In this document: positions 22,001 to 36,318 of the stretch, in pieces
Numbering within the stretch: the stretch's first letter is position 1
How the letters are laid out: every line of letters starts with the position of its first letter
DNA from: Iphione sp. A-MEVVRFRX5
Taxonomy: Eukaryota
Direction: 5' to 3'
NCBI GenBank assembly: GCA_976226885.1
Contig: OZ320316.1
Coordinates: 88,598,001-88,662,000 of the forward strand
DNA: 64,000 bases
Translations under genes and position numbers: made by a program
The notes under the pieces: generated by a model
Seen by the model: only the letters and a program-made list of their open reading frames with translations
The model's database searches: none
Told to the model about the DNA's origin: nothing

Positions 22001-25000
22001 TCTCGCTTCCAGGTGAGCCCCACGACTGCTTATCTGGTGCTCGGCAGGGTCGGCTAAGGTGTTACGCTGAATCTCCGACACGGTCAAGACTGACCGCTTC
22101 CGTGACCTTTTGTCGGGTGCCATCAGCCGTCGTATGAATGTAAGGGATTGGAGCGTCCATATAGTAGTCACTACGGTCGACGCCACCATCTCTGTCATGG
22201 TGTCCGAAACGATGAAGCGAACCCCACGTCCCTATAAGGCCATTAGCTTGTGCCGACATTAACTTGGCTACTCCTAAATCACCGACAGGCTCCCTTCCGG
22301 GAGTGGTGAGCATTATCCGCGGCTGCTGTGTGCACCCGCGCCCGCTCCGGTGGCATGGCGTACGCGCGGTTTGACGGCCAGGCGCTGCAGAGCCCCCTCC
22401 ACCCCCCGCCCCCTAAGATTCATACGCGACAGCCTCCCAGGGTCACTCGGCCAAACGGTCGTCGACTGCAGCATTCCGTGGGGCCGTTCACCACGTACAT
22501 GTACGGTCCTTATGGTAAGCGGAGCCCGGGCAAGGGTAGAATCGTTCATACGTACGCCAGCCAATGGATTTCCGATCCTGTTTATTGTCAGGGCAGATAT
22601 ATACCGCTTTCTGGCCGTGTCTGTTCCGAAGGCGTCTCGCCAAGAAGCTCGAAGCTAACAATCGATTCCCTCCAGCCAGTCATGAATGCAAAAGGTTTTC
22701 ATGTTGGCCTATAATAAAAAAATGTCGACTGAGCTTGCACGAACTCTTTACGCCTATCGCCCATCTCTAAGTCTAAACATTTCTTGAAATGAATAGCAGC
22801 ATAATTGAAATGATATACATTTGTTAGATTTAGAATGTGTTTGTTAGATTTTTTTTGTCAGTTGCTCTGAACAAATGACTGCAGTAATTAAATGTGACGC
22901 GAGAAACGTAAATATTTAATCCTAATATTATCTACCTCTCTGTAAATTCAGTTTTCAGATAGAGATGTTTTCAAAAGGATGGTGGACAACTTCGGGGCAT
23001 ATGTATGTGATATCCCTCCCCGCCCACTCAAATTACATTTGGTGCCATTGCAACCACGTGTGCACATACATATACATGTAATCAAGCCTCGTCACTCAAC
23101 TTCATGCGGATGCTACTTACACGAGACAAAGGACAGTAGTCACGGAGGTTCCCTTTATGTTGCTTTTAGTTTTACTCATGTGTTCTACCAACCATTAACT
23201 TGGAAAGGGTAAATGGAGAGGTGTCGGTAGTGGAGGCACTCCTCGATGTAGTACACTATTCTCTTACATCTTTTAAAAGGGTCACGCCGCCTCTTTCTAG
23301 CGTATTTCGTGGCCATTACAATGCAAGGGAAATGACGTGAGGTGGTTGGAAGTGCTAGCGACTGAAAGGAGGGGGATATAAATATTGATAATGAAACAGG
23401 CGACCGGAAATTTGCTATGTCTTTGCCTTTGAAAGTGACGGGTCGTAGAGCGACGCCCTAAGCCTCATAACGCTGGCTCTTTGGATCGTAATTGGAATAT
23501 TGGGGTCGGCACGTGAGATATGTGCCAGCGTGCAGTTGCTTTACGACATCAAGCCATGCTTAAACGGAGCGGGCACGAAGGCTGTTCTTTCAACAACCGC
23601 CCCCGGCTATAATTTGGCTACTCGAAAAGCGGGAAAGAGGTCCCTGTGAATAGCTCCGTCATCCCATCAGAAAATTGTCCAGGAAAAAAGCGGGATAAAG
23701 AGTCACACGTCATCAACATAAAGTTAAAGCCATTAATTCTATTGTGCAACAGTAGGTGTTGAGAGCGAAATCTAGTTATTGATACAAGTGCAAAGTATGG
23801 GGACATTTATGAAAAATAAGGCATTGCACTACACAGACTAATTTGAAGTATTCCACCAGCTAGGACTAACTCTTATTCGGTTTTATTGGTTTTAGCAACA
23901 CGTTTTAAACTTTGCATGACTTGCCGCACTCAAATCGACTTTGATACTGCTGCTGGCTCCAACGTCTGTAGAAACACTGCGAGTAAGACGTCAAACGCAC
24001 CTCATTAGCGGCTGATTCAGTAAAGGATTGGGATTCTCCCTAGACTACGGGTATTGATACAATCGACAATCGTATGAAATACAGCTGAAGAAGCAGGTCC
24101 TACAATATGTCCACATTAATACACGGTGATTGCGTGTCAATTGGTTTCTCGATGAGAAAGCTAATTAGAAGTGCAGGCCTGGAAAAAAATAAGACACATT
24201 CGCGGAACCTGACACGTTACTAAATCTTGAGAACCGCTGCTTACTCGGTCCACGGGAGAATGTCGAAAGAAGTCGAGGTGTCAGAAGGGCCGCCCCTAGA
24301 AGTTGAAGTACATAGTGAGAATAAAGCCAGCTGTTTGATGTGGCAAAGCCATTGTGTATATGTCTGGCCTGCGCGTGCATGGTGCCCGCCCACAGCACAT
24401 TCCCGCACGTAAACCATTAGCAAACCCCGAGCATCCATCAATTCAGACCTGCTCAAGTGTAGTGTCTCCGCGCTCGTAGCGTCAGCAGCATCAGGACAAG
24501 GCCCAACCCGGCCTTGTGTTCCCTCACCCGGTAGCAGCTGAGGGCCGGAAGCCAGTCAATGGGTCCCTGCGAGAACAAAACACTTCTGAAACACAATGAA
24601 TATACTCTGCCCTACTTACCCGCAACACCTCTAACGTCTATGGGGAATACGGGGTGTTGTCTTGCAACGGTTATGTAGAAGACTACACTGGAGTGTTTAA
24701 TCATCACAAAGAAGAGTTCCCATCTGCGATACCTGTCTCATTTTCTAAGCAAAGCTGGACGACGTGTATAGATTGAACTCCACAGTTGCACCTCACGTCG
24801 TGGGCCAAGTCGAAATCCATTTAAGTGCATTAAGTGATGGTGACGGGCCGCCTTTGTCTCAGGTAAACAGACTGAGTGCTGCGCCAGGGAAGAATGACAA
24901 TAAGACTATCAGGCTGGCCCGTTAGAGGCTTATACAACAGGAGAAAAGGTGTGAGGGGGTAGCCCGCGGACAGGGACGCAAATGCCTCCGGCGTCAAGGC

Positions 25001-25925
25001 GACTTGTTGACGGAGTGGAAGCCTAGTGGACCCGTGTGCACCCAATGTCTAACGAGGCTACCTAGCGCCTCTACTCGCTCCCTCTGCCGACCAGCTGACA
25101 GACGTTGCCGACCCTCAATCTATCATGACTGTCCCCGCTGTCTTTAGGAGAGGCTACCCCCAGGCAATGGCAAAGCTTCGAGAAAAACATGACCTCTCTT
25201 GTTAAATGGTCTGTAAACGGTAATAAAAAGACACTGTTTAATAACATTCTGCAATGAATTCCATTAGTGAAGTAACTGTGCCTATTTTGTCGCAACGCGA
25301 TTTAATAGCCTTGAAGCAATTAAGTGAAAATGAAAAGAAAGAAAGTAATGGAAAGATACACCCGTTATCCAACCCTAACACAGTATGTTTTGATATCTCA
25401 ATAGCTACGACGGAAGGAGTCCGTCGATTAATTTCATTCACCTGAGGAAACTGAGAAAGTTTGCCAAGTGCCTATAATGCGGCGTTTCATTACAGCAATC
25501 TGAGTATAGGGGCCCCAAAAGGCAAAGTCAATTACTGTTTACCAAGTCTCCCATGGTCCGGTTGAAGTCAGCCCCGGGTAGCCTGACCAAGGTAGGCTTC
25601 TACCGGTCTTCAGTGTACAGCATGGGTGTCCACTTACCTGACACAAGGACCCCTTGATCCCGCCAGGTAATGGTATCTCCGTATGCACACGTCAGACACC
25701 CTGACCTCTGCGCTCAGCTTCAGGGCTTGGCAAGACGTAGTCTAGTGGTGCTCCGTTTGCCTACTCCAGTCCCTCGTCGGACAGAACCCTTACTTCCCTT
25801 CCATTTCCCAGGGCGGATGACGGCCTCTCTCGTCAGTCCGGCCGCTTATGTGGATAGCCGGCGCTGAGCAGGGGAAGTCTTTAGTGCATCTGGGCGGGCA
25901 GTTAAAGCCCGGCGCATCGACCGCT

Positions 25926-25939
25926 GCGCCACCTGGCGG
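25926..25939 (-). promoter_or_regulatory. CTCF core motif CCGCCAGGTGGCGC
   Basis: 14/14 match to the CTCF core CCRSYAGRKGGCRS, inside a GC-rich island. Confidence 0.55.
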
Positions 25940-28900
25940 AGTGGCTAGCGGGCAAGGGGACCATGGGCCACGCGGACATGCTCTCTCTGTGAGTGCCTTT
26001 ACTCGACTGGCGTCGACAGCTGTCCATGTGACACTACAACCGCCGTCCGATCAATAGTAAAAGCGGAAGCACCTTTCATGTTCCGCGTCTGAACTACACC
26101 GGGAGCGGCCAGGTGCCAAAGGCTAGCATCGACATTCGCCTTCGGAGACGGCCTCTGGCCTCATAACACCCCGGGCACATCGGGTTCTTCGGACTGCCAG
26201 GTATTTTTTACACCTGAGAAGAAGACGATTTCTCAGGTTGCCACGAATAGATCCGACAGTGCGCGTGCACGAAGGTTCTCTGGAACTGAGAGGGCCGGGA
26301 CTGGCAAACTGCACACGATGCATCAATTACCACCTAGTGCCATTGCCAGTGGCGTTGGCCGCCAGACACACGTGTCTCCTACTTTCTTGTCCTTAAAAGA
26401 AGCCTGTCTTTGTCTCAAGCAAACCACCATGTTCCTTATGTTCGGTTTTCTGAGATATGAAGAACGCGGCTATGCTGCCCACCTGAAAATTGCATTCTTT
26501 CAGCAGAAGATGATGACGGATCCTCGAACCTCGCCCTTTAATGTTATGAAATGACGTCGGTAAAAGACAGTCTGCAGTACAGAATATTCACCGGCCTCGT
26601 GAAATTAATTCGTTATTAACATTTTCTCCACGGCGCACATAAATACTAATCTGCACGTGTCTAAAGCGGACGCTATGGGTCAAAATCTCAAGCTGGCTGT
26701 TTGTCCAAGGCAACACTTTTTCAGAGGGAAATACCGTCTCCCTTGCCTAGCCATCTGAGAGCTCTGATGCACCAACTGGGCCCAAGGGATCTAGGGCAGA
26801 TGGTGTCCTCTCCAACCGCCATGTAGCCATTAGCTTTGCCTGCAGCGAGACGACGATGTTTCAGAAGGGACACTTTCATCGGCCTAGCCATGCTCTTATG
26901 ACGGGAAGATAGGGAAACCTTCAGCACTACACCTAAAATAACACGACTGTAATGACGTGTATTTGGTGCGTGCTAGTGGCCATGTGATTCATTCCTGCCC
27001 CCTCTCCCACCCCCCCCCCAATATTTATCCTTTCCCAACAACGAAAGTAAGACGTGTACAATTGTGTTTTGCTGCGTCAGTATCCAGCGACGAGGACCAA
27101 TGGCATTTGAAAGCAGCATGTTATTGAACAGGTATAAAGAGCAAAAGGAAAAAATATTGTTGCATCACTTTCACTGAATGCTCTCTTCTTGACTCGATCG
27201 TTCATATCCCTTTCTTGTTATTAAACAGTGTATCATAATAATCTGCGGACAAATCCATGTCTGTAGCTTATGCCATTCCCTGAAAGTAAACCATTGATAA
27301 GTCCATAGAGTTGTTCGGCCTATCTAACTTTGGCAGTAGCATTTCATATGTATACACGTACATGCCAATTACACCGAAACATTTTATTTGTCACTGTGAC
27401 TTTTATCTGTCTCTTGGATGCTGAATATTAGCCGCATTGAAGGAATTCGCTCAAGTGATGGCTTCTCACTGATTTGCAGTCAAGATTCTAAATGCAGCAT
27501 ATGATTTTAAGACTCAATCCAATTATATTTGTCTAACAAAACCTTTGGGGTTTTCAAATAATATCTATTGGTATTAATGAGTGTGCGTGTTCTGGGAGGT
27601 CGCCTTCTCATTCTTTCTCCTCTGGAGATGATTACCTCTTTAAAGCCGACATTAAAGAGAATTTCTCTGCTGTGGCTTAGTAAAAATCATAGCGGCGTCT
27701 TCACTCTGTTGTGCTACAGAGGAAATGAGCCGTGAGGTGAAGGGCGTCTGCGTTTTGGCCGCACGCGGTATCTTTTGAGGCGTGCGTCTACAAAGCATGG
27801 CCGAGTCCCGGCCCGGAGTCGGCACGCGCAATATGGGCTCATTAACTTATTACTAACGCTTGGAAGGTGGCCTGCCCTCTCGGTCGACCCTCGGGGCGTA
27901 AAGGTACTGTCCCTTCTGAGCATCTTTTCCCAAGCCAGTCGGCGAAATCGTTTCCACATATTTTTCCTACTTATGTACGTGTGATTTATAAGAATGAAGG
28001 TCCCATTTTGTCCAGCGTAGCTAAAGGGCACAGCTAAACGTTTCATTATCTGTTGCAGGACAAGGTGCCATGGGTTCTGACCTCTGAATCAGATTCAAGG
28101 CTTATCTGATCTGCACGGTATCGGACGAGGATAAGAAGACATGCTTCAGCACTGTTTAGCCTTATTTAATGATTCAGTGGCACGAACGAATAAAAAAAGC
28201 TTAAGCTCCGACAAGCCTCAATTTCAACAGAAATTCTCAAATGACGAGCGGAACCTTCTATTTAATGGCGATGCCCGTAGGGAACTTCAATTGAATTGCG
28301 CGCCGTTTACATGTGTAAGTGATAGCTTGAGGGTCGAATCTTATTTACAACCATGGCTTATTTCTGTTTTCATGAATTATGCATAGTAGCGAAATTGTGA
28401 TTGGGTACATAATTGAGTAATACTAGTCATTTTTCACTCGATATTCTTCATTTAAATTGGAGGGAAATATTCACACTATCCAGACACAACATCACAATTC
28501 GAGTTAAATAAACCCAACTACCCTGATCACCGTTATTCCAAGAAATCAGCAAAAAGACTTGTACAGCCACATTCACATAAAGGCAGCAATAAAATTTACA
28601 TGCTATATCTAGAACCAATTATTCTCAGAATTATGTCTCACATTTACCTGCCACTGCTGATATCACCAGTACCAAACAACCTAACGACCAGTGTGCGTGA
28701 GGATATTTTCTGAAAATTCCTTATTAACAGTGGGGAACGCTAATTATTGAGTCATGGATCCCCTACTGTACATGAGCATCCTTGTACTGACGTCCTACTA
28801 ACACTGCCAGAACCTTTCAGCCATCCCTCGCCTAACTAATAAAGTGTCAAGGTCAACGATGGCTGTTTTTTGTGCATCAAATAGAAGCCAGGCGCATGGA

Positions 28901-30201
28901 AACCGAGTTCACTAACTCATTACCAGACGTTCATGGGGACGATGCATGATTGCCACATGACCTCTCACGTGTCATCCGTACCTTCTTACAGAAGAAAAAT
29001 CAATTAGTAAATCCGCATCCTTGTGCAGCAAAACAAAAGAAGATGCAGCAGCCTACGGAGGTTGCATTCAATTTTAAAGAGTACAGTTGCAGTTCTTTCG
29101 TGAGAGATCACATGACAGTCTGCTTTCGAAGATGATTCTTTCTTGTATCATTACACAATTATGGTACTAAAACTTTTTCCTCACTTAAGCCAAATTTATT
29201 TTAATGCAAACAGGTTTGGAGCCTTTCATTAAACGAACTTGTTTTCATTATAAATGACACTAAAAGTACATTAGAGAGGTCGAAATAAGTGACCAAAGAG
29301 CACAAAATATAATACGTTTTCATTTATTGGAATATGTTCCCATGTTTGGAAGCAATTTCTCAAACTTTTAATTCATTTTGAAATGTATGTACATTCATTG
29401 ATAATCGAGAATCACTTATCAACTCGAGTCTATTGGATCCAAGTGATTGTCTGAGTAACATCAGTATACATCAGTCCAGCGCTACACAAAAGGAAATTAC
29501 TGTTGGTGAATATCTGCAATCTCCTTTGTAAACTATACAAAATGATTGTAACAAAGTGTACTTTGACCAGTAGCTCAGGAGCAAAAGCAATAAAGTAACA
29601 GAAGGAGAGTGCAGCACGAACTTTGCTAATACGTCTTTTCAGATTGGTTGTGCATCTCCCTGGTCTGCTTTCTTTGCCGCACAATTCTGTCTTTCTTCGC
29701 AGTCACCGTCTGAGGATCATTAGGACCAGCATCACGTACTGACCAGAAATAAGGCCTGACTTTAAGGATCGGATCCTGAGATCTCATTAAGCCGACAATC
29801 CCGTGGCTGGCCATGATAACGCTGGTGGAGGCAGTTCGCGGTCCCAGGCAGCCACCCGCGGGTAGCGCCTGTCGGCAGGAAGAAGATGGGGACGTGGTAC
29901 CTCTGCGCTGGTTCATAACCCGTGGACGGCTGGGCGGCCATATAGGTGTGAGCGGACGGCCGAGGAAGTAGGTGCCGGGGCAGCTTGGCTGATCCCGGAG
30001 ATGATTACCTCCCCCCTCCTACCTCGCCTGCCACTGACAGCACCAGCCGACCGTATGGCTTCACACCAACCATCATACCGGCCCTCACTTTGCCCGGAGA
30101 TAACCGTGATTTCCACCGCTAAATCAGCATAACACCTGGCAGGTGACGGATGTCCATCTGCACTGCAGTAAGTGTGGGCAACTAATTACGGGGGACCTCA
30201 A

Positions 30202-30215
30202 CTAGCAGGTGGCAA
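30202..30215 (+). promoter_or_regulatory. CTCF-like motif CTAGCAGGTGGCAA
   Basis: 12/14 match to the CTCF core. Confidence 0.25.
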
Positions 30216-30498
30216 TGACTTACGCAAGTTCCCGTAATTTAACTGCATACCTGTAAAACCTACCACCGACGAATACGTAACCACTTACTGCTTTCGATGT
30301 AAATTCCTTTTCCCTTATAGGAGACTATAGTGCTGTTAACAGTTAAACTACGGTACGCTAATGGTGCTTCTCAAATACACTGAGGTAAGGGAATGGGAAA
30401 ATGTCTGTCTGCAAACTTCTTGGGGATTCTAGTATAAATAAGCCCGCCATCTTTGTGTGCAACAACACCCATTACATGCGACTAAAAAAAAAGCCTAC

Positions 30499-30900
30499 CT
30501 CACTGTATCCGACTCCAAAGATCCCCGTCCTGTCGGGCCTGTATACTGCTGGGTAGCGCGTACTCCGACGACGTGTAAAGCATCCATAGGGCTCGCCAGC
30601 TGTCTGTATTGTGCCGAGTTTCTCGGCGGTGACGCTGGTTCAGTGCAAGGGGGCGGTGCTGTGCAGCGCAGCCGTCTCCGCGACCGCAGAGTACCGTTGT
30701 TGCTCAGGCTGTGCCGGCAGGCGGCGGTGTGCGCCTACTCCCCGGGCGCGGCATGATGTTGTTCGGCGCTCACCCGCTCCTCAGGTGGCGGGATGCTTAG
30801 GCGTGTGCTTGCAGCTCCGGCAAGGTGAGATAAAAGAGCACCGTGCGACGGCCATTGATTATGCGGCACGGATAATGAAATATCTGCGCCAAATCATAGC
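30499..30900 (-). other. Candidate alternative non-coding 5' exon
   Basis: CpG-rich island ending in donor GAG|GTAGGC at 30499, with an AT-rich TTTATAAT at ~30920 upstream. The 5' boundary is approximate. Confidence 0.3.
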
Positions 30901-33900
30901 GTACATTAGGGGTGCATTATAAATGTGAGCCTATCGCCGTTGCCTGACAGACACTCATTATGCACCCACTACGGCTTTCCCCCCCCAACATCCATGGGGG
31001 GTATCAGTAGTGTTACAAACGGGGAGCGAAACTGTGTTCACCTTTGTTGTGCCACCGAATCTCCAAGCACAAGCAGCCGGCATCACTATACACATGCACA
31101 CGTACATGCAAAGCGCATGGTTGCAGGGACTTTATTGAGAAGAAACTTCATGGTTCCAACTCGAACCGTCCATATAATGAAGTACATGTATTACTTGCAT
31201 TACGACTTAATTCACCGGAATTACATAGAAAACATACCGGTTACAGCTGTTGACGTTGCTCACACTGTCGGCAGAATATCTGGTACGAGCTGCTAGATTG
31301 ACCAGGTAGTCATCGAAGTAGCTCCGAGTAAAAATATCGTGTAACTTACAGATAAACACATCCCATATATTCGTTTTCAAAGAATACAATCACTTCTAGA
31401 TTAATACGTTTGAAGCGGTATATAAAGATCTCTGAGCCTATGTGCCACTCAGGTGGTCCAAATGAGATTAAGAAGATATTGAAGATGCAAGTTACGATAG
31501 AAACGTCGTCTATGTACATGTAATTGAGTTCAACTCCATTTATGTCTTGCCGGGAAGATAATCTGGCTTCATAGCACGATGCTATTTATCACGAGTGACT
31601 ATACTCTATAGTAGTGACTAGCGAAAGCGGGACCCGTCAATATATACATTGTCTGTGAAGAAACACAATGAACAGTTGGCGGCATCCCCTGCACCCTTTT
31701 CTCGTGACATTTTCAACAATACTATGGTCGTTGCTCTAAGGGGCGATACATAGCCTGACAAAGCTAACCTGAACTGTTTGTGGAGCCTCCTAACCGTAAG
31801 ACAAACATGGTATGGACGCTATTCAGCTAGGATTTCCTATCAAATATCTTATGAACGTCAAACGTTTAGATGCTTATTACTAAAGCTGCATCTGGCAACA
31901 GTGCTAGAGATCCAATTAGTTCATGGTTTCTCAACTTATTCTCCATATTAAAACTAAAATAGATTAAAGTTAAAATTGTATTCCAATTAAGTGTCAAGAA
32001 AGTATATATGCACAAACACCATACAGGTACATATACTCACATTATGTGCACATCTTAATGTACTCCACAACTACACGGCACTTCTGTCACCGCTGTAGCC
32101 TCGCCAAACGGTACCCACGAGAAAGTTCCCCCTCCACTACTTCATAAATTTGGTTCTAATTTTTTTATGTACCCACTCCTTCTGTCCTTAGCTAACTTAT
32201 CCAAACGCTGCCCACTGCAACACACGTTAACATCTTTTCTTATGTAGCTAATGTCCATACGTGTATCTATCACAGGAACTGGAAAAAAACCCATACGTTT
32301 GAATTTGAATGAATTTCCATATTATTGTTGATACTAAAGGTGTATCAATTTTGCAATTTGCTCAGAAGCCCTGCCAAAGCGACCAACTGGATATGCAGCC
32401 AGCTCACATCGCACATTGTAGGATTGAATTTGTAGACACTGCCGTGACCTTAAGTTACAGTGGACATTTATTACTCTGACCTTTGGTACAACAAAGGTCG
32501 GGACATTGTGCAGTAACAAGCGGGCCCAGTGAGAACACTTTTACATGATGTATACATATAGATTGACCTGATAGAGCGAAAACTGTTTACTACTAATTAG
32601 TTTACAGAGTTCGTTTGATACTGATGTTGTGTGAGTTTCCTGTGCTAATAAAGAACGACAGCTCTTTGTTTATTACAGAGGGGGCGAATAAATTTCAAGA
32701 ACGCCTTAGGAATAGTTACGCTTTGGTGCAAGTAATTATTTACACCACAATGTGGCAATTACTCATATCGGGCGGGACATACATAAAAGGACACAGAAAA
32801 GAAGCTCAATCAGCATATTTGTCGTTACTGTAGTACATCAGATGCCTGGGGAATAGATGCTCATCTGGCATTCATATTGCTCGGGTATACCCCTTTCTGT
32901 CACATTGTAGAACGTATCCATTGTGTTCTCGACAAGCGCCCCAGACTTTGATACTCCCATCGCTCATTGAAGCTACTGACATCTTTCCAGCCCATCTACC
33001 TCGACACGAAAAAGGGAGTGATACGCATCACTTGATGTAGTAGGGCCGACCTTGTGTCACATGACTCCTGCGATCCATAGGGCACTGGCGTCTTGCCAAT
33101 TACTTCCGCCACAGTGGGAAAGGTGTAGGGTTGACGTCCAAATTATAGCTATCCAAGTATCTGATATTTGCTACCTCTGTGGCATTTGTTCTCCATGGAA
33201 ACCCGATAGGATCGGTACGTCCACTTAAGTATATGATTACTATCTGTGGACCTGGCCGGGTGGGATGCCATGGTCTGGTCAGATTCCCTTTTCCTTGCCC
33301 CAGGTAATTTGTCCTTCAAAAACTATAATTTTTTCAACGAGTAGTTCACTGAGGTTGTGTCTATCCTTTTGCTTCGGTGCTCACAGAGAAAGGGCCATCA
33401 CACCAAGTATGCAACATCCGTCCAATCTGTAAATATTCCCGCGACAAGTCTGCTCGGTGACAGGACACTAGATGCCCGAGGTTTAGTGTCTGCGACTTTT
33501 CCCTTCCGTTCGATCAAAGCTGCGTTTTTTTGTGATTGTCTAGGTAAAACAATACTCATCTCAGTAGTGGTTTGCCTTTTTGTACTCGAGGACTTTCATA
33601 AAACATCCTTCATATTTGTCTGCCATTTGAGAGTTTAATAGCACACGTTTTCTAGTTGTTCCAGTACATGTATCTCAGGTAGGGCCATAGGGCCTCCCAT
33701 AACTATCTATATTGTACATACGATTCTTTCTGGTTAGCTTACTGTTTGAGTTACCCATCGTTTTTGTAACCCACACTAATACTCACTCTTATCTTATATC
33801 AATAAACTTCTCATAGCATTTTGATAGAAGGGACATACATTTATATATATGGATATCAAATTATATATATATATTTTTTTTTACAAAAGATGACACGAAT

Positions 33901-35707
33901 ATATCAGATACGATTATTTGAAATACCATGACCTTAAAAAAATCAAACAAATCTGTCCCCCATACTACTACCTGTGGAGTGCCCCCACGTGCTGTCTTTG
34001 TGATTTATGCACCCTTGCCATTATATCGACAATTGCAGATAAGAATTCTGAATTTCATAGGCATCGAGCCGACTGAGAGATATATGATCGGGCCGGACAA
34101 AGATATATCATCGGAAGGTTTCCCTGCTCCTGTTATCCACTGACTAGAGATAGTGAAAGGGGCCGGCCAGGGGCATGGTCTTTCAGTATCCTGCTGTCAG
34201 GTCCCTGAAGGTATCCCACTCACTGCGTAAAAAAGTACTACGAAAATTGAATTTATAGAATTAACACTAAGGCGTGTTGCCTTGAGTGAGCGAGGCGTCG
34301 TCCGGACCCTCGAGCGGACCTTTCTACCTTCTCCTGCACACACTGAGTGGCGGTGTAGGCAAAGTGACCCCTAGGTTAGTGTAGTGGCCAGTCACAAACA
34401 CCTGCGCCAATATGCCTCCATCTCAGGTTATGACATTAATGATGGCGATTTTGATGAATACGGGACATGGGCCGCCTGGTGAATACCCGGTCGGCCAGAT
34501 GAGGCAACCGCTCCAGAGCCCCGAGCGCGCCTTTCATAATCTACTGCGGGCCAATATGACCCCTTAAAGCTGCGATGTGTCAGCACCCTCGGGCTTATGG
34601 GCCTGTCCACTTGGTGCCCAGCCTTGCTGCCAATTCACCCTCTAAAGAGAATCGACACTGAAGTACATCATGCATTTTCCAATACAGAAATGGAATGTTA
34701 TTGCCCTAACGCTGAGGTAGTTGTCTAAAAAAAGGGCGCCTCAGCATGACATCTCAGAAAGACTTAGCTTGGTCTAGATAAGACACAGAGTGACTGAAAT
34801 ATTGGAAATTTCCTTGGCCACGCTTACTTGTACAGTTACATGTATACAGTATCAGGGGAGCTGGACATCCTAAATATATCCTATAGAACCTTTGTCAGCG
34901 AACTCCGGAGGTTTGACATCTCGGAACAATGGCGATGCTCTTCATCCTGTCAGCTTGACAGCTTTGTGACGCGCAGTCCAAGTTTCACGAAAAGAGATGC
35001 CTGCGTGTGGGCCGGATGCTATTTTACAGCTAACGATGGCGTTTAGTGGCATTATTATCACAGCCTAAATTAAAACGTAGGCTAATTGAAAAAAAGGCAA
35101 AAACATCATGTTTTTGTTCATCTTGTTTCTTAAACGTAACTCTTTCAGCTCATATTTGAAATACAGATCGAAGATACATTATTTCTCCAATGAGACGTAA
35201 ACAACATTATAGTTTCAATCAAATTTTAATGGCATCTTTTCAACAATACCGCCAGGATTAGCACTGTATCAACGTACCTTGTGTTGGAGGGTGCATACAT
35301 TTACTATTAACAATGGAGTTGTGATTCCCAGAACAAGATAAGACGAAGTGGAATATTTGAAATATAATGGTCAATATGAATGGACTTAAAACGGTTCATT
35401 AATTATGATAATTTTTGCTAAATCTTATAGTACGATAGAGCTCAGACGCAAAACGTGAGTCAGGCTCACAGCAGCCACTCAATAGAGATCGTCTAATCGC
35501 AACCGACGGGGTCTTGAAATGAACAAGAAAGTTTATTAGTCAACAGGTATAGTGATTTAAATTTAAAGGCATATTATCCGATAATTGCCTGAAGTGAAAT
35601 CACGAAATGTTTGAATTGATCTGTTACTTCACAAACTATGTTTAAAAGTTCACTACTGGTATTTTTTTCTCGATATAGATGTTTTTTAAACCACTGCTTA
35701 GACAAAG

Positions 35708-36232
35708 ACTTTCCTTTGACCATGGAAACACAGCTGGGGTCATGTTTCCAGATTGGAAAAGTTCCCAATTTTCACAGAACCACCACCATGTTTTCCCAGG
35801 CAGCATATAAAAAGTGAAAGCGAAATAGCCTTGATAATAATGTTTCATGGAAAACGCAACATATTTGCTCACATTTCCTCACTATTCTGCACACCTGTTC
35901 ATTAGTTTTGTCATTGTTTGGCCGAATTTGCACGAATTTTGCCATTTTTTTTCGCCGAATCTTCATATAAGTTTTGTGGTTTTGAGGCTTAATTTGCATG
36001 TATTTCACTGGGTTTTGGACAAATTTGCATGAGTTTTGCAATATCATAGCCAAATCCTCATCAGCGTTTTGGTTTTCAGGCTGAATGTGCATGAATTTCA
36101 CGGCTTTTTGACCAGCTTTTGTGTTTTCATGCTCGTGAATATACTGTGCAGATAATATCCTCTCACCCTGAAAACACAGCGACACACCTGTGACAGCCCC
36201 CCCAATGGAAACACACACCCAAGGAAATTCTA
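35708..36232. mobile_element. Decayed fold-back/MITE-like element related to the 52.7-kb element
   Basis: Patchy long inverted ends (GA-TTTCCTT, GGGT..TGTTTCC..ATTGG, TCACAG, TGTTTTC.AGG) around a degenerate ~31-bp minisatellite. Shares AAACACA-A-C-AAGGAAATTC with 52986-53010. Confidence 0.45.
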
Positions 36233-36280
36233 CCCTACTCTAGAGCAATGATTCATCTGACCATTAACACCACTTCTCCA

Positions 36281-36283
<3 letters not shown>

Positions 36284-36314
<31 letters not shown>
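36284..36314. repeat. (AT)n microsatellite
   Basis: Uninterrupted AT run of ~31 bp. Confidence 0.97.

Positions 36315-36318
<4 letters not shown>

Noticed and set aside
24480-24505. REST/RE1-like motif TCAGCAGCATCAGGACAAGGCC
   Set aside because: Spacing and sequence are non-canonical, and REST is unlikely in this lineage. It overlaps a trivial 8-bp hairpin.
35772-36218. 148-aa ORF (and the 97-aa ORF at 42503-42796) with repeating KFVQI/KMA-like words
   Set aside because: These are translations of the 31-bp minisatellite inside non-autonomous elements.
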